NCBI RefSeq assembly: GCF_964355755.1
Contig: NC_092672.1
Location: 14,446,001-14,510,000 of the forward strand
Direction of reading: 5' to 3'
Origin: Antedon mediterranea
Lineage: Eukaryota; Animalia; Echinodermata
Length of the DNA stretch: 64,000 nt
Numbering within the stretch: the first letter of the stretch is position 1; each line of letters begins with the position of its first letter. Below are positions 62,801 through 64,000 of the stretch, one piece after another. The position numbers and the translations under genes were made by a program. The notes below the pieces were generated by a model. The model searched no databases. It was not told where the DNA came from and saw nothing but the letters and a program-made list of their open reading frames with translations.

Positions 62801-63786
62801 AAAGGTCAAAGGTCAGTAAATGACATTTCCTGTGGATTTGGAAGAACATGTTTAATTAGAGTATATATAAATATGTATGCTCTTAACAATTTGAAACAAA
62901 TTTCAAGAAATTTTGATCAGTAGTTATTGAGATATAGTAAGTCGAGGTCAAAGGTCAAAACATTGAGAAATTACATTTCCGGTCGTTTTTTTTGGAAAAA
63001 GTTCTATTAGAGCGAATATAAATATGTACCCTCTGATCTATTTGACACCAATATCATTTCAATTGTCAAACCCGTTGCGGAGATATGGCTGTTTAAGATA
63101 GAAATATAAAAATTGAGGTCAGAGGTCACAGAGGTCAAATCAGATTTCCAGTAACTTTGTTTTGGTATCTCCATATCATGTTCTATCAACATGCCAAAGG
63201 GCACACTTGTATCCACTATGGTAACATCATTTCCCCTTAGGGACTGGACTAGAAGGATTGAACCTTGTGTGGCACACCAATGCTAAAAGAATCAGTATTA
63301 CAACATTGAACTTGGAAAACAGCAAAACAAAAAGATCTTTTCTCTGTTGCACAAGAGGACACGCCATTGGACCCATAGCAATATGTCAAGGTCCCTTTAA
63401 ATCTATTATTTGCGATTTCTCATTTTTAACAGCCTAGTTTATCTCTGTTTAGTACAGTCTTTGTGTTGATGTAAGGCATGTTGAAAAGTATATAGCACAC
63501 ACAGTCTATGTCTATTGCACTACAGTATAACATATTTTCTAGACGGCCTTTGTTCAACTTTCAAACCGATATTAATGTTCATTTGTTCTCATGAAGTTAA
63601 CTAATCATACTGACTTCATCTTTATACAATGACTTGGACTTCCATTTTGGATCATCAGCTAGTTTACGTCCATTCAGATCATCATCATGAGCCAACAATT
63701 TGTAGCCTTGATATTTGAAGATTTTTGAAAGCCAAGCTTCTGCTGCCTTACCACACTCATAACCACAAATGTCGAGGCCAAATATA
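47895..63786 (-). CDS. MTARC: Mitochondrial amidoxime-reducing component (mARC, MOSC domain), 3' part, 5 exons in window
   Basis: Exons 63786-63615 ([20 protein letters not shown]), 60006-59866 ([22 protein letters not shown]...RFRPNIVV...AFAE), 59190-59129 (DTWSEIKIG...HLCGR), 58190-58119 ([11 protein letters not shown]...EPLKTLR) and 48027-47895 (PVFGVNF...GNIKVGD...stop). Phases are consistent and the CxRC motif with the Moco-ligating Cys is present. Confidence 0.9.
48201..48776 (+). repeat. 5' LTR
   Basis: TG...CA ends; direct repeat of 56085-56660. Confidence 0.96.
49508..50473 (+). CDS. gag: Gag (retrotransposon capsid-like domain plus CCHC zinc knuckle)
   Basis: 321-aa ORF; SLQGQARLW gag motif; [14 protein letters not shown] knuckle. 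Confidence 0.93.
   Translation: MVDIVDNEVILNEPVNPHPVPHLRQTDFLPKRYDGSITDHDQCSAHYLSFTDYLEAHTLENPVNNAQLINVISIFKRSLQGQARLWIEGKQFDSLESLKTQFINRFSKNKSIYAHIREYDSITYTTGDNAEKHLTKIKQAADRIGYADQQIKNKFISTLPPKCRAAVAMSTPIDATIENIVNSTQNYLDLSVDDATREVSFNINKETDRPNSLESLQHEINSLKLDMATTKRSLNDDTRRSRSPTRNYIPRRNRSPSPYKPRFQTPPTPRYRQPPPTCYYCGKPGHIARHCRQQNRSYGNYPPPYPYQQSNNYYPSHQQDF
50464..50509 (+). promoter_or_regulatory. Putative -1 ribosomal frameshift signal (G_GAT_TTT plus downstream stem-loop)
   Basis: pol is in the -1 frame relative to gag and is open from 50455. Heptamer GGATTTT (50464-50470) sits directly before the gag stop. GGGGACTAGAT...ATCTGGCCCC stem at 50477-50509. Confidence 0.7.
50566..55179 (+). CDS. pol: Pol polyprotein (protease-RT-RNase H-integrase), expressed as Gag-Pol; frame open from 50455
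   Basis: LFDSGS protease; RT motifs [22 protein letters not shown]; RNase H LYSDTS...ELE...VDH...ADFLSR; integrase H-x6-H...CLRC and D(LSLD)-D(ISD)-E(VER). Gypsy domain order. Confidence 0.95.
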   Translation: MLLNDRNYVKGNLPDGRNVLTLFDSGSTRTIISQSYVNSSLYLSRLKPVKVNTTKFRLGNGDFLYANHLVQFELIIQGHKFKISALIVKNLTGIDLILGTETLSELDGTLNFKENTFRIRPKIFSFRPVHKIFLKPGDTKTVKLKGRVPAFVRNSDVVLHATTHISKLCPSDMLVKLHRGETNIDITNNTNRNVSLNTHQPIASLHLTNLVTVTNDLPIDRIKLTNDNANKYPHLERTDPLLTLTEEEIIRKQVDLTDSVLTHREKEDLYKTLQQNRNAFSLYGELSSCPNFKADIHLSNDEPFFIRPYFATDKDKHVIEAELNKLVKLGILAVGHQSYTSPVLLVSKKNSKDKRVVTDFRYLNSRIKRINHPFPLLAETLKTIGNANAQILSVIDLKSAFHCVPLAEHAQQYTGIASYHGGKHYYYKRLAQGLNVSPGIFQAKIDEILNEIPNSREFCIAHHDDIILFSQDKFAHKQHLVSVLQALQLNGFRICPKKCKLFKNKVQYMGHTILINSSGHACITPLGDRCAAIRNLPVPRTHKETKRFIGAVNYVSHFFPQIQSILRPLHTLASKRRKFCWSTEHQKAFDEIKHLMVKPPTLQMPRKEGRFTLYSDTSRTATGSYLTQTVNGKEHIIGYYSKILPQACQRYSVTELELFGLYINVSAFRHLLKGCEFDAFVDHSAIVQIWNSKDQPCTPRLQKLILRLSGYIFQIGYKKGTELVLADFLSRAPRDDDSEIDQVVPIAFNITETASLNPITNTSTSRPVTRSYAKQMGINIPDLHKPKPKQTPVINQNPVTTNTRPTPQPSTTPQIITRQQTNAHRSPPIITPPIATPPPIRNVNIRQPPEERLVDKNKQSKDTTHRNVPVELYTSPKPLVPNITEFKSAHIPKQQDLDRLMDVIQRKIIRDYNLPVDVKQLRVEQETSPFFKPVYDYLVHDILPADKKAARAVQNKSEQYILCNGLLFRLFFQDKGGEFVLQLAVPENLAETVISQYHDNLLSSHQGTMRTYLTIRKLFYMPLMFEKVNNYTQACLRCQQFRPKTDKLRPLHDRVPATYRPFHTLSLDFKSMPTSPSGFKHIMVVCDEITRFLICVPLKSIDAETICEALIQKVISIFGPPSRLISDAATSLTGKLLTLLCNTLNIDRKIISVHNHGSLQVERHIRTVSDLLKVNLNQFGTDWVRFVSTTCYAYNSFSSPHLGNHSPYELVFGRQPPSLTSLAFNPISGLSHSYEEYFEHLKKKFQNISQTMLQLQRTQQNVQNSKISQRLEKSPIYSVGQLVYLYKPTSSSLTANSKKIAAEWVGPLVIHEVLDRTHYILATIKGEILRDVFNYNRLKPCFMRTPKERKNFTHLQKLKQLLNEPIDDNNEKIQNTINVVNDESNVEFVDEHDRTPAQLQSDTLTHPTKIEPLNLQPYIDCVENNMGLAAPFQMKEEQIKEQTNLIMTAPNDSNMTLNRGRFKAGHFQVLVSYSKPTSAKRNTDKTKHESNDRKFWWNIDRYNDTDKLIKEIIKDKQIPISGSPKRFIKRLYNATSY
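56085..56660 (+). repeat. 3' LTR
   Basis: Direct repeat of 48201-48776; preceded by the PPT and followed by TSD GTAG. Confidence 0.96.
60264..63251. mobile_element. Non-autonomous Academ-like DNA transposon (TAG termini, 3-bp TSD)
   Basis: TAGTCCAGTCCCTAAGGGGA (60264) and TCCCCTTAGGGACTGGACTA (63251); GAA on both flanks; long subterminal inverted match ~60361-60425 vs ~63102-63165. Confidence 0.82.
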
Positions 63787-64000
63787 CTAGAAAAAGTAAA
63801 TTAACATGAAATCAAGATAAAAATGTTTGCAACATACTAGAAACCAATACATACTTTGTAACATTTTTATTTGTAGCCTTTTTCTATATTTTGCTAGGAT
63901 GAAGGAAGCATTTTTCAAACAATGATATTTGTGAATAATGAGGATACAATTTCTCTACTCAAGATCATTAGTATCGTAATTCAGCACCCCTGAAAAATAA

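Overview
AT-rich, intron-rich animal genomic DNA (marine invertebrate; a Deu-domain SINE and frequent TAGGCCTA motifs fit an echinoderm-like host, which is inference). There are three host genes: the 3' part of a MOXD1/DBH-like copper monooxygenase (+, 1569-~26829), a complete myeloid leukemia factor gene (+, 32794-45087) and the 3' part of an mARC/MOSC gene (-, 47895-63786). The main feature is a 13,653-bp element (5583-19235) that is one giant palindrome. It has two ~6.8-kb inverted arms, identical apart from one 4-bp indel that I could see, around a 65-bp imperfect hairpin. Its termini are Polinton/Maverick-type (AGTAGT...ACTACT) and it is flanked by a 6-bp target-site duplication (CAGGTA) that coincides with a host splice donor. 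I find no pPolB, integrase, ATPase, protease or capsid gene in it. Each arm instead carries a spliced gene fusing two tandem PC4 ssDNA-binding domains to an intact ALKBH2-type dioxygenase, plus an acidic CxxC-H-C protein. My interpretation is a non-autonomous, snap-back/hairpin satellite of Polintons carrying a DNA-repair cargo. The window also holds an intact Gypsy LTR retrotransposon whose RT motif reads HHDD, two matching 1308-bp TA-flanked MITEs (one displaces the MOXD1 hydrophobic tail), several other TIR elements, LINE fragments and minisatellites. All coordinates and translations were read by eye; no database searches were run.
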